Origin: Chiloscyllium plagiosum
Taxonomy: Eukaryota
Reading direction: 5' to 3'
Assembly (NCBI RefSeq): GCF_004010195.1
Contig: NC_057719.1
Location: forward strand, 68,748,622-68,812,621
Length of the DNA stretch: 64,000 nucleotides
In this document: one piece after another, positions 38,588 to 51,138 of the stretch
Layout: each line of letters starts with the position of its first letter
How positions within the stretch are numbered: position 1 is the first letter of the stretch
Notes under the pieces: model-generated
What the model saw: only the letters and a program-made list of their open reading frames with translations
Databases searched by the model: none
What the model was told of the DNA's origin: nothing
Position numbers and translations under genes: made by a program

Positions 38588-38634
38588 ATGCACGCACGCA
38601 CGCGCGCGCATACACACATACACACACACACACA
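38588..38634. repeat. Compound (GCAC)n/(GC)n/(CA)n microsatellite
   Basis: Uninterrupted purine-pyrimidine alternation. Confidence 0.9.
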
Positions 38635-39397
38635 AAACTAGTTTAACTCCTCCTGAGCAGCTGTAGCAAATTTCCCTGCCAGTATATTAGTCCCCTTCCA
38701 ATTCAGGTGCAATCTGTCCTTCTTGTACAGGTCACTTCTACTCCATAAGAGATTCCAATGATCCAAAAATGTAAATCCTCCTCCCAAATACCAGCTCCTC
38801 AGCCATGCATTCATCTGCTCTATCCTCTTATTCTTACCCTCACTAGCTCGCAGCACCGGGAGTAATCCAGAAATTACTCCTTTTTAAATTCCTGCCTAAC
38901 TCTCTACATTCTCCCTTCAGAATCTCATCCTTTGCCCTTCCTATCCCATTGATTCCAATGTGTACAATGAATTCCCTCTCCCCCTTGAGAAGATTCTCTA
39001 ACCACAGATTACCGAGAACTTCCTCCTCTGTCCTGAATTCCAGCTTTAAATATTGAATACAAACTTTAAAAAATGAAACAAAATCTGCAGTATTGGAGGG
39101 AAAGCTGACTCAAGTGACTTCTCAGCTTTATTAAAGTTTCTCTGCTTTAACATAATACCAGTAGTTTGTTTCAACTATTTTTCAGACTCATTTTTAGAAG
39201 GGACTGTTCGTGCCTGTAAATAGAGCAATTTGGTAGAAATAATCAAGACATATGCTGTTTGCATAGGAATTATGGAGCATTAGACTAAGGTTTTGTTAAT
39301 GATCTAGTTGACTTCCATGTCAACTTGTATCAGTTACCACCGCTTTTCTCTTTAATTGGAGAAATTGTCAGACAAGGGGCAGCATGGTGCTTAACGT

Positions 39398-39720
39398 GGG
39401 GCACAGTGGCTCAGTGGTTAGCACTCCTACCTCACAATACCAGGGACCTGAGTTTGATTCCAGCTTTTCGTGGAGTTTGTATATTCCCCTCATGTCTGCA
39501 TGGTTTCGGCCAGGTACTCCAACTTCCTCCCAAAGTCCAAAGATGTGTAGGTTAGATGGATTGGGCATGGCAAATTGCCCAGTCGTGTTCAGGGATGTGG
39601 AAGCAAGGTGGCCTAGCCATGGTAAATGCAGGCTTACAGGTTGGACCTGGGTGGCAAGCTCTTTAGAGCGTCAGTGTGGACTCAGTAAGCCAAATGATCT
39701 CTTTAAGTACTGTATGAATT
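39398..39720 (+). mobile_element. Diverged HE1-type SINE
   Basis: ggcacagtggctcagtggttagcact head; gtccaaagatgtgtaggttag core. Confidence 0.85.
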
Positions 39721-42384
39721 TTAAGACTAAGGTTGTCATTTGTCATTTCTGTTGGTTGTTCCAGTTGTTAAGCCATTTGACACTAGCTATTCCATGAACA
39801 AGGCTAATATGGGAAAAGGGCTCATAAACCTTTCCTATTAATAATGTCAAAATGTTTAGGGCAGGAGAAAGATGCTTGTCCATCTGGCTTATCCTTCCAA
39901 ACCTTCCTTTAATTGCATCAGCTGTTCTGGAACTAATGCCCAGTGGATTATCTTTCTGTTACATTAGGAGACTGCATTTCTTTTCTTTGTTGAAAATAAA
40001 TGACTGTTTAAGTTGCAAGGTTTTTATCATTTCGGTGGCTAGCTAGAGATATCTTCTACTTAGACATAGCGATTATATCCTCACTATACCACATTCCATT
40101 TAAATTCTGTCATTCTGTTATCGTACTTGACTGGGCTCCTCACCCATCTGAAAATGTGAAGTCACAAGATTACTTATTGCTCAGCCCTACTTTCCTTCGA
40201 TCCTAGAAAAGCTTCATTAATGTGGTTTGAGACATTTCTCTTAGCTGGGAATGTCCCCAGAATTAACATTTTGAGATTGTAAGCTAGGAGGGGGAGTTTT
40301 CTTGGTTCAGTAATATATAAGTCAGTGCGGTAGCCCCCTGTTCAGGACTGTATTATCGGTCACTAAGTTGAGGCCCCTATTGTTGGAACTGGCATTGTTG
40401 TGGAAAAAAAGATGCTTTGAACTGAAAGAGTATATTAACCTGCTCAATGTTATTGATGTTTGAGACTTTATTGCAAAAAGTTTATTACTAAGTATCCAAG
40501 GGGTATTCTGGGTGAACCACTTGAGTTTTTCCAGACTGTAATCGTGGAATCGTCTTAAATTTTTTAGGCCGTGGGTGAATTAGTTAGACAAAAAATGGAG
40601 CTGCTTTCAGTGTTTCTACGGCTGTTTCACCTCTGCCATTTAAAGTATGGCATTATTGTTGGACAGAATCATATTCGTCAATGTTAAGGGCCAGTTGTTC
40701 AACATCATTGCACATATCTGAGCTAATTATCAATGGAGGTGAGATGTTCCGCAAGTCACACAGAGAAATGTGGCAATCGTGCCAGAAGTGCTGTCCACTG
40801 GCAGAACCTTCTGGAATTAAAGATTCTGGCACTGTCTGATCTCTTGTCAGGAAGGAGCAACTGGAGGACCAGTAGCTGGAGTGATGCAGTGCAGACTTGT
40901 ATCTATCCAGTACACCCTGAGGGTCTGCAATTAAAGGCCAGCCTGACACCATTTCAGATGTTGCAAGCCAAGCGCATCCTCTCTGCCAGTCATCCCAGAA
41001 GCTCAGAAATGTTTTCTGACTGTAGCTCACTGATACTGTCCTTCAAACACTGCTGCGGGATTGTAACCTCGCTATGGGGGCCCAACAAAAATCTGATTGT
41101 CATTTTTCCATGGCTATGGGCTGCCATGAACTGCCAGGTCCCGCACCCTCGGGGTCTGCTGCACACACGCATTCACCTGCACTGCATCACCCTAGCCTTT
41201 GATCCTCAGGAATGAAGGTATGGAGACAGGGAGCTGGGGAACTTGGATCCCACTCCTGGTGCGCTTTCCTCACATGATGACAGGGCAGTGCCCAGAGGTA
41301 CCCAGCAGAGGAGGAGCCATTAACATAGCCTCTTTGAGACTCCTGTCAAGACACTCCAGCAGTGACCAAGCCCTCTACCTCCAACTCTGCCCCTCACCCC
41401 AACCTTTGGAAGTTGAAGCTGAGCAGTGTCCAATTGGCTCTAGCAAGGAGATCCTCCACAAAACCTGAGGGTTAGGAGAGCGTGTTGAAAGCTATGTGTG
41501 TGTGGTATGTACACTGTTTTTCCCTAGAAGCCAGGGAAGAGCGGCCCACCTGCATTATATCAATTCCATCCATGCTTTCCGTGCTTTACTGTGTTTACTC
41601 ACCCAGTCCCACCTTACAAATACTCTTCACAATTCTCCTTTCCAATTCCCCCTCAACCCTCAGGGTTGGGAGAGCAAGAAAGAAACCAAAAACTTTTTAG
41701 GGCACTGTATATAAAGTCTTGCATTTCTATCATTTGATTGTTTTTGCAATACATGTGTGTGAGTCTCTGTCTAGCTTTAAATATAACTGTCCCAGCATGA
41801 TGCCTAACTTCATGTCCGTTCAGGAAGCAAAATGAACGAGTTGTATACAGCTGACACCATTCTCACGTTAGCCCTATTCTCTGCACTTGCTAGTATGGAG
41901 ACACAGGACTGACCATGACTCACTATCCCAGGCTGCAAATACACGGAACCCCAGATCAAGAACACACTGAGCAAAATCCTGAGAATGGCTAGCCCCCTGG
42001 ATTCATATTGGAGGCTGGCCTGGTCCCCCTGACTGTCAGGTACCTTCATGGACGTCAGAGAGGTCTAGTCCCTAAGACTTTGAGGCATGACTGCTAGCTT
42101 ACTATGTGCACAGTGTGCTTGCCACATAAGCTGCTGGCGTGAGATTGATGTCGCATGCGGCAGTCCAGCAAGATGTCTGCCCTCTTGATTGAGCTGTTAC
42201 CTGCAAGTCCAGCTGGCCGAGATATGTGACTGTGCTAATAGGCAAGACAGTGAAGCTTTGAGCATCCAGGTAAGTGCTAAGAGAGCAAATGAACAATCCT
42301 GATATGTAGCCTGGTCCATGAGCAGCCAGAACAGGGTGTCAGACCCTGCACATGCAGTGGCCTTGCAGCTACCTCTCAGTGCCA

Positions 42385-42820
42385 AGGGTTAGGATTTTAA
42401 AAATAGGCAGGTTTTGATGCAACTGTGTTGGTAATGCTGCTTCTGAAGTACTGTGTATGGTTCGGGTCCTTGGATTTAAGAAAGGGTGCAGTGATATTGA
42501 AGATAGCTCAAAAAAGGCTTACTGAGCTGATTCCTGGGATGAAGGGTTGACTGATCAAGGATGGCGAAGCTGGTTAAGCCTTTTTTCATTAGACTGTAGA
42601 AAAATGAATATTTGGAATTCTCTACCCCAGAGAGTTCTGGAGGTGAGAAAACTGAAAGTATTTAAAGAGGAGGTAGATAGATTTTTGAATTATTGAGGAA
42701 TTGGGGGCTATAAGGAGCTGGCATGAAAATGGAGTTGAGGCTATGAGCTTATAGAAGGGTGGGCCAGGTTCAAGGGACTAAATGACCTACCCTTGTATCT
42801 GTTTATGTTCTTATGTAAGG
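42385..42820 (+). mobile_element. CR1 3' fragment
   Basis: LKYCVWF and IWNSLPQR motifs plus tail. Confidence 0.7.
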
Positions 42821-43020
42821 TATCACAATTCACTCTCTTATTTGTTTGTTTGACTGTTGAAATTTTGGGTACTTTAGCCATGAAAAGGGCTTTACTTAGT
42901 CTGATTGCTTAAATTTGAACACGATCTCTTATCATCCACACCCTGCGTCATGTGTAGTATTTTGATCCCTGATGAGTATATCAAACTTATGTTACAGACC
43001 GACCAGAGACAAATAATTTT

Positions 43021-43123
43021 ATTTCATTCCCGATGAAGGGCTTGTGCCTGAAACGTCGATTCTCCTGCCCCTCGGATGCTGCCCGACCTGCAGTGCTTTT
43101 CTAGCACCACACTTTTTGACACC
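43021..43123 (+). mobile_element. Short Penelope-derived insertion with mutated hammerhead (CCGAUGA)
   Basis: ccgatgaagggcttgtgcctgaaacgtcgattctcc...; flanked by aataatttt repeats. Confidence 0.8.
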
Positions 43124-44052
43124 AATAATTTTTGATTTCTTTGAAATAGAAAAAGCGTGAGATCTCTGGTACTCAATAAGAGAATAATTCCACACAAATC
43201 CATGTGATTGAAGGAACAAATTAAATATTATATAAAGATAGAATTGCAGAACAATCTGATGTATACAGCATAGTGTGTAACATTAGGATTCATGTGAGGT
43301 AATTATTGATTACCGTACAAACTGACATTGAAAGGCCAAGGAACTGTACATTAAATGTCCAATGCATTCAAAACAGATATCACCCAGATGCAAATGGAAC
43401 TGTAGGCAACCAAAGTTCAATAAAACATGTCTTGTGTTACAAGGCATTCTAGTTCTTTACTTTTGAAGATCTAGTTTTGGACTTCTTTCAAAAGCCGTTC
43501 CATCACAGACTGCCTCAAAGAGTACTCACATCCAGGTAGTTCCACCTCTTCCCCTGAGACTGTATTCCACTGGATTCCTAAGACTAAGCAGTAGCATCTA
43601 TCCATAAGGACAATTTCAGATCTTTCACAGAGAGTATACAATTCTCCGGGGGCTTTTGTGAGCTCCAATGTTTCTCAAATGTATCAACCAAATACTTCCT
43701 TTACCATATTGCCAGTGGCACTGCACTATCAATGGCTTCCAAGGAATTCTCCTACCATAACTGCCTGGAGGCTGCTAACAGAAACACTTGTGCTGCCTTG
43801 TCACTTCCTGTGCTTCAGTACTCTCCCTGTATCAAGCTGAAAAGTAAGTGCTGAAACGGTTTAAAATAACATGGCCTCAAGTCCATGTGCTTCAGTTGAA
43901 TTTATCCCATTTTCTACTATTAAATTTCAATTTCCAAATCTACAATTTGTATACTAAAAATGACTTATGAATTAGATATTTGCAGCAGTGGGTCAATGGA
44001 AACATGAATTTAAACTTCAAATGCAGCATTACAAAATTTAGCTTTTTCATGT

Positions 44053-44290
44053 CATAGAATCATAGAATCCTCCAGTGCAGATAAAGGCTTTTCGACCCAT
44101 CAAAATTGCACTGACCCTCTGAAGAGCAATCCCAACCAGACCCCACATCCACCTAGTCAGCACATCCCTGGACACTAAAGGACAATTGGCATGTCCAGTC
44201 CACTTAGCCTGCACATCTATGCATTGCAGGAGGAAACCAGAGCACCCAGTGGAAACCTACGCTGACTCAGGCAGAATATACAAACTCCAA
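44053..44290 (-). mobile_element. HE1-type SINE, 5' truncated
   Basis: Reverse-complement core cctgcacatct...gaggaaaccagagcacc...caaactcca; catagaat tail. Confidence 0.8.
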
Positions 44291-44739
44291 GAGATATCCC
44301 ATTTTAGTATTTTCTTGTATTGACTAAACCACATAGGTCTGAGTGACATTTTTCAACAATGTATGAACTCAACTGGGACAAGTTGTTTTAATTTTATTTT
44401 CTAAAGCAGTATCTGTATTTAGCTCAAATACTCCATATGTTACAATATGTATATTGTACAAAATTACTATGGACAACTTTCTGATATTTTATAGGTATTT
44501 CTCAAGCTAGACAGAATCGAAGAAGATTGATAAGGAATCTCGTATTACAATCTTTGCAGACGTTTGCAATTATAACAATGCAACATAGTTCTTTAATTTT
44601 GCAGACATGTTGAGTGCACAACACATGGAGTCAACATTTCTGCAAATTTCGAAATGTCAACATTTTAAAACTATGTTGTATGAAAAAGACACGTTATAAT
44701 TTCTGGAATTTGGACAAATTCTAAACCCATATAAACCAC

Positions 44740-45058
44740 GGGACCAATTTTAATTCTGCTTCCAGGCAGAAAGCAGGCAGGAAGGAAGTATTTTTATGGT
44801 TTCCTGTGAAACAGGAGGTGAAGGAGTGCTCCCCAAGGGAGCAGTGGCCCTCCTCCCCTGTACTCCTCTTATTGGATTTCTCTTTCAGGACACTTACTTG
44901 GGTAGTTAGCTTGGTTCCTCTGCATCAGCCTGCTGCTGCTTGATTTTAATGGCTCAGCAATCATTTCCCTCAAACCTCTGGCCCGAATGTTCAGGAAAAT
45001 GAAAGCAGTATATCAATGGTGCCCTGCTGTTAAAATTAGCTTTGCTAAAATTAAGCCC
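44740..45058. mobile_element. Possible old non-autonomous DNA transposon (Harbinger-like MITE)
   Basis: Imperfect terminal inverted repeats gggaccaatttta / taaaattaagccc. Confidence 0.3.
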
Positions 45059-45121
45059 AGTATAGTTCTGTGTATTTTGTGAAGAGGTAGTTAACTTTTA
45101 ACTTTTTTCTTTCTATTGCAG

Positions 45122-45266
45122 ATACCAGCCAACATAGCATTTGCTGAAAGGAAGCCCTGTTTGTCTTGCTGTGATCAGGAGAGTAGTGCAGAAAAAGAGG
45201 ACAATAGAGACATGTCAAAACCACAGATCACTTGGAATCTCACCTCAAGTAGTTTATCTGATGTTG
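45122..45266 (+). CDS. DPH6: DPH6 long-form linker exon: IPANIAFAERKPCLSCCDQESSAEKEDNRDMSKPQITWNLTSSSLSDV
   Basis: Strong pyrimidine tract and ttgcag acceptor, gtgagt donor; 145 nt open frame, phase 0 to 1, exactly bridging the neighbouring exons; poorly conserved sequence, so assignment rests on splice signals and phase. Confidence 0.8.
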
Positions 45267-45349
45267 GTGAGTTTATGACTCATCTGTACCAGCAAATTGG
45301 TGCATAATAAATAGGCAATCAAGAAAATGCATTAGTTATATGGTTTCAT

Positions 45350-47260
45350 GTGGAATCATAGGATGTCACAGCACAGAAACATGCATTTGGCCCATCATTC
45401 CTGTGCTGGCTCTTTGAAAGAGTTGTCCAATTTTGTCCTGTTCCCCAGCTTTTCCCATAGCTCAGCAAATTTAACCCCTTCAAGAATTTGTCTAATCACC
45501 TTTGAAAGTTCCTATAGAATTTGATAGCACCATTCTTTAAGACAAAATCATTGCAGATCATAACCCTACATCTAGAGACATTTCTCATTTGTCCTCTAGT
45601 TCTTCTGACAATGATTTTAAATCTGATTAGTGACCATTCAATCACTGGAAATAATTTAGCTTTATTTACATTGCCACTATGCTTCATGATTTTACACAGT
45701 TTTCCAGGGCTTTATTATAACTTTCTTGTTATGCACTCTTTGTGTCTATTATTGAAGCTGAATGCCTTTCTTGCAGCGTCCTCAACTTGTCCTGCTATCT
45801 TCAAGTATTTAAATACCTACACACCCAGGTCACTCTGATCCTGTTGCCTCTTTAAAATGTTACCATCTGGTTTATACTGCCTCTCCTTATTCATTTTACC
45901 AAAACATATCCCTGGTATCATCCTCCATAAAAGGTAGAAACCTAAATAGAGTAGGAGTTAACTATTTGATGTATTGCACCTTTTAATATAACTATGGATG
46001 TTTTTCTGGCTCGACCTTTCTCCACACTCCTCACAACTCTCGAATCCTTGAGGGATCAAAAATCTATCTATCCCAATCTTGAATATATTAATCTATGAAA
46101 CATCAATAATCCTCTTGGGTAGAAAATTCTGAAGGTTTGCAACTCTATAACTGAAGAAATTTGTTTTCATCTCCACTCTAAATCACCTCCTTCGTCCTGA
46201 TGAGAGTGTGGTGCTGGAAAAGCACAGCAGTCAGGCAGCATCCGAGGAGCAGGAGAATCGACGTTTTGGATAAAAGCTTTCTCCTTAGCCCTGATGCTGT
46301 ACGCTCCCCTATTCTGGATTCCCCAGTCAGAGGAAGCATCCTCTGTAGCTCCCTGATCAAGCACCTTCAAAATCTTGCGGGTTTCAATCAGATCATCTCT
46401 TATTCTTCTAAACCAAAGAGTATAGGCCCAGTTTGCTCAGCCTCTCAACATAGGACTGCTCTGTCATCCCTGGGGACAAATTCGTGAACCTTCACTGTAC
46501 TACCTCTAATGCAGCATATCCTTCCTTAAAAATGGAGACCAGATCGAGCCATAGTTCTCCATGTAAGGTCTTCTTAAGGCCTTATACTATTGTAACTGTG
46601 TCATGCGATGATGTCTGTTCCCAGGGCAGTAAACACCAACGTGCCATTTACCTTCCTAATTGCCTGTTTTACCTGCATCATAATTTACTTGGACCCTTGT
46701 AATGCCTACATCTGAATCTCTGAATATCAACATCATAAACCTTTCAAAGAATTCTGTTTATCTATTTGTATTACCAAACCAAATAGCTTAACACTTTCCA
46801 ACATAAAACTTAAGCTGCTACCTTGCTGTCCACTCACTTGTCTATAACATTTTACAGTGTCTTTGTCCTTGCACAGGTTACATTTCAAGCTAAATTGGGC
46901 TACAATTTGTGGTCTTTTCATCATAATCATTAATGTAAATTGTAAATAGCTGAGACCCAGTCCTGACCCTTGTAGCACTCCACTTGTCATAGCTGTCAAT
47001 TTGAAAATACAGCATTTAGCCTTACACTTTGCTTCCTGTCTGTTAATCAGTCTTTATCCATGCTAAAATAATATTATAACTCCTTGAGTCCCTATCTTAT
47101 ACTTATACAACACTTACTTCATTGAATACCTGATCAAGGCTTCAACATTCTTGCTGAAGAGTCCATAGTTGTACATAATAACTCCAGCTGATGCTGAACT
47201 GTGGATTTACAGTTTAGTATAACATCTTGCTTTTGTATTTAACATTGCTATTTACAAACT
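45350..47260 (-). mobile_element. Cluster of old CR1 fragments with a short Penelope-derived insert at ~46197-46290
   Basis: TSGVLQGSGLG RT motif on - strand; gtggtgctggaaaagcacagcagtcaggcagcatcc...gaatcgacgtt insert. Confidence 0.75.
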
Positions 47261-47266
47261 CAAGTA

Positions 47267-47485
47267 CAGTCAGTTCTGCTTTAATGTGGCAGTTCCGTTC
47301 TCATACAATACCGTGTTATAAGAAAATCGCGTGGTAGCAGCACCAGTTAAACTAATGGGGCCAGAATTGTATCATAGCCAATATATGCTTTAAACCTGAA
47401 TGCTTTGGAAACAGTGTCCCCAATTCATCAATAATGTAATAGTGAATTTGTCTTAACAAAACACTTGTTATAGCAGAACGGACAG
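47267..47485. mobile_element. Tc1/mariner (Tigger/pogo-like) MITE
   Basis: TA|CAGTCAGTTCTGCTTTAA ... TTATAGCAGAACGGACAG|TA: imperfect ~19-bp TIRs and TA target duplication. Confidence 0.8.
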
Positions 47486-48123
47486 TATCCCAACAGCTTG
47501 CTTACGTGCCTTCTTAACTTATTCTTCCATTTTCATAAATTTGTAAATGTACACTTCCAGGCACTCTTGCAACAACCTCAAAAAGGTGCCATTTAGATGT
47601 GTTGCTTCTCCCAGTCCCTTCACACTTATCCACATTAACCTGCAGCTGTCACATGCATGTCCATTCCATTAGTCCAACTGTGACCTACTCAATAAACTCA
47701 AGGAATACATTTTACAAATAACCATGGGTGCAATTTTTTCCCTTCCTGGAGGTGATAAGAGACGTGGCAAGATGTCAGATAATTATACGAGTTGGACTGG
47801 AGAAAAGCTCAACCCTCTCTTGCCACCTCTGCAATTAAGTGCAGGGCAAGAAGGTCCATGATGATTTTCTTGACTTGCCAGCAATTGAGGCCCTTATGTT
47901 GTCAATTAATATCCACGTAGGGGCCTCAACATTTACCTGGTCACCATGACAGGCAAGAAGGGTAGTTAGTTTCTCGATGGAGAAACCATGACAATCTGTG
48001 TGGTGGGTTGGTGAGAGGGGGAGACATGTTAGTCACCACACAACACAGTTAGAAATAATATGGAAAAATTCTGCTCCGTTTACATTTGATAAGAATTACA
48101 TGGAAGAAATTTACAAATGCATC

Positions 48124-48600
48124 GGGAGCCGATGGTTTAGTGGTATCATCACAAGACAATTAACCCAGAAACTCAGCTAATGTCCTGGGGACCTGGGTTT
48201 GAATCCCATCATGGCAGATGGTGGAATTTGAATTTAATAATAATCTGGACTTGAGAATCTATTGATAACCATTGTCGATTGTCGGAAAAACCCATCTGGT
48301 TCACTAATGCCCTTCAGGGAAGGAAACCTGCCATCCTCACCTTGTCTGAGTCCTGACACACAGCAATGTGGTTGAATCTTAACTGCCCTCTGAAGAACTG
48401 CCTTCCTGAAGAAGGGCCTGTGCCCGAAACGTCGAATCTCCAGTTCCCTGGATGCTGCCTGACCTGCTGTGCTGTTCCAGCAATAAAGTTTCAACTGCCC
48501 TCTGAAATGGCCTAGCAAGCCCCTCAGTTCAAAGGCAACTAGGAATGGGCAAAAAATTCTGGCCAAACAGCGACCTCCACATCTCATAAGTGAATTTAGA
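48124..48600 (+). mobile_element. tRNA-derived SINE of a second family (MetaSINE-like core), interrupted by a Penelope-derived insert
   Basis: A/B boxes (tggtttagtgg, ggtttgaatccc); core agggaaggaaacctgccatcct...gcaatgtggttga; tail matches the second LINE family. A head-only copy lies at ~7475-7560. Confidence 0.75.
48403..48436 (+). ncRNA. Minimal type I hammerhead ribozyme, intact, sense to DPH6 pre-mRNA (inside PLE insert 48395-48492)
   Basis: UUC-CUGAAGA-A-GGGC(CUGU)GCCC-GAAA-CGUC-GAA; insert flanked by 14-bp TSD aactgccctctgaa. Confidence 0.85.
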
Positions 48601-48841
48601 AAAAAAATAATAATTGCAGGGATTTTTGTGGAAAGGTGGGAAAAAATGTTGCATTTGGTAAATGAGTAACAGCACAGACTGTAGAACATCTTTTCAGAAA
48701 AACATGGCATCTGACTACATTTCACTTAAAGTTCAAATACAGACCCCAGAATTTTACTTTTTAAATATTGTCACAATCGAAAGTAGTATGTTAATTTCCA
48801 AATGCATTACAAATATATCATGTGTATGTAATATGTGTAAT

Positions 48842-49200
48842 TGGTCAGCATGATGGCTAAGTGGTTAGCATTGCTCCCTCATAGTGCCAGAGAGCTGGGT
48901 TCACTTCCAGCCCCAGGTGAATGTGTGGAGTTTGCGTATTCTCTCTGTGTCTGCATGGTTTCAGCTGGGTGCTCCGGTTTCCTCCCACAGTCCAAAGATA
49001 TGCAGGTTAGGTGGATTGGCCATGCTAAATTACTCCATAGTGTCCAGGAATGTGCAGGCTAAGTCGTTCAGCTGTGCTAAATGCAGGTTTGTGGGGATAA
49101 GGTGGGGTGGTGGGGGAGTGGGATGCTTTTTGGATAGTTGATGGGCCAAATGGCCTCTTTCTGCACTGCAGGGATTCTATGATTTTATTTTATGATTCTG
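48842..49200 (+). mobile_element. HE1-type SINE
   Basis: Head and core tgctccggtttcctcccacagtccaaaga; tatgatt tail. Confidence 0.88.
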
Positions 49201-49924
49201 TGTATTAATACAATATATCCATATGTTGTTGTCTATAACTTCATAAAAATTTAAGAGGAGGAATGGGGAATAGCTTTGCCAGTAGAAATTGGAAGCTGTC
49301 ATTATACAATAGATTCCACTTGCTTAAAAAAAGGTTTTTCAGGTGGCGCTGTATGACGTGGCTCCGAGCTCGATCCATAAGTTGGCATTTAATTCCTGAT
49401 GGATCACAATTTAGCTGGTTTCACAATGAAAGCAATGGGTGTTTAAGCCCTAAGTGTGCAATGAGGGGAAAAATCAGCTAGAATTCTTGCAAGCAAGTCT
49501 TGCTGCAAAGTAAGCACGTGCAGGAATTGGGCAGGGGCAGGATGAGGGCTCAGCTGTGATTGACCCCAGAGCTCAAAGGAGCCTGCTAGTAGTCAATGTT
49601 GAGTTCTCACTTGATGCACGACTGGAGGGGTTCCGGTGCCCATGGTTTGATGCAGTTTAAATCTTCTAAGAAAGGACCTGTCAATGAGGTTTTATTTAAA
49701 CAAAGTATAGAAAGCATGAAGTTTCACATTTCGTAAAGAGTTATTTCCCCATTTTTAAGAAAATGATTATTAGAAGCGTTTAATTTTTTACAACATGTAT
49801 ATTGTAGCAACATTTTTGTTGGTTTTGTTGCTAAGATTGCATGCTAATTCTTGAACTTGTTTGAAGTGTTCAGTTGCATTGCATATTGTACACAGGTTAG
49901 ATTACATTGCATTTTATTTCAATA

Positions 49925-50540
49925 CTTTCATGACATGTGAGTGTCATTGGCACGGCCAACATCATTGCCTGCCCCTATTGCCTTCAAGAATGTGGTGGTG
50001 AGGCACGTTCTTAAGCCACTCAAATCCATGGGTTGCACTGTTAGAAAGGGAATTCCAGGAGTTTTATCTCACACTTCTGAAGGAATGGCAATATATTTCA
50101 AAGTTGATGTATGGCTTGGAGATTAACTTGCAGGTGAGTGGTTCCCATGTATCCACTGCCCTCACTCTTCAAAATGGTAAATGCTGCCATTGTGTATCAG
50201 TGGTGGAGAGTAAATTTTGGAGTTGGTGGATGAGATGTAATCACGCAGACTGATTTGTCCTAATAGCATTAAGCTTCATGAGTGTTGTAATGGCTAATTT
50301 CATCAAGGTATCTGAAGAGTAATCCCTCATACTTGTGCCTTGTCAATGGTGGACAAGCTGTGGGGAATCCAGAGGTAAGTTGCATGCAGCAGAATTCCCA
50401 GTCTGACTCTTGTAAACTATTCAGATGGCTGGTCAAGTTCAGTTTCTCGTCAGGGTGATTTAGTGATGATATACTGTCAAATATGAAAGGACGATTGTTA
50501 TGTTCTCTCTTGTTGGAGATGGTCATTGCCTGACACTTGT
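49925..50540 (-). mobile_element. CR1/L2-group LINE 3' fragment
   Basis: Colinear with 15490-16230. Confidence 0.8.
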
Positions 50541-51015
50541 GTGGATAACCATTACTTACTAAATGGTAAGGCATGAAACATGGCCAATAAGGCAGATGCA
50601 TTTTGTTGACCATTATTGGTACCAGTGCTCAAGATGCTTATATACTGTACTACTTATTTTAGACTGTTTTACATAAATAGGTTAGCACCTTCAAGTCCTA
50701 AAGCTCCCTTAAAATAAGAACTTAGTTATAATAGAACTGTTTCACAATGCAGTTTTAGTAAATTAATTGCACAGCTCCAAAAACCATCTTTGTAGAGTAG
50801 TCATCATTTGTTTCCAGTCATTGCATGTTGTCAGTTAGTATGTGTGTAACACTGAGCATGTACATAGACTTTGAAATTGCTGCTTCGGGTTTTTCAATTC
50901 TGAGATGGGGTCTTTCTTAGTTTGAAATGATTTCCAATGTTGAATGACAGAAGAATTCACCATTCTGCATATATTTGCTCGATACTCTATGAATTTGTCA
51001 TTTATTTTCTTTCAG

Positions 51016-51138
51016 ACATGTTGAATCATTGGTCTGGGAGCACAAAAAATGGGTACCAGTGGATTAGCGCAACACATTTTCCCATGGAAGGGAAAAACAT
51101 TAATGATGCAACAAAGCAGACATTCTCCCTACTTCAAG
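51016..51138 (+). CDS. DPH6: DPH6 long-form exon, start of first Rid-like domain: (D)MLNHWSGSTKNGYQWISATHFPMEGKNINDATKQTFSLLQ
   Basis: ttttctttcag acceptor, G|gtattt donor; 123 nt, phase 1 to 1, open frame. Confidence 0.85.

Larger units (their letters stand above)
35622..38990 (-). mobile_element. Near full-length decayed CR1/HER1 LINE (ORF1 esterase and ORF2)
   Basis: NAWLRSW...FTFLDHW...D.LHLN (ORF1); [45 protein letters not shown] (ORF2). Confidence 0.95.

Noticed and set aside
38588..38634. Z-DNA-prone tract as a regulatory element
   Set aside because: Ordinary microsatellite inside a decayed CR1 with no supporting context
49300..49700. Possible ancient SINE-like element
   Set aside because: Only a vague resemblance from memory; no boundaries or boxes I can support
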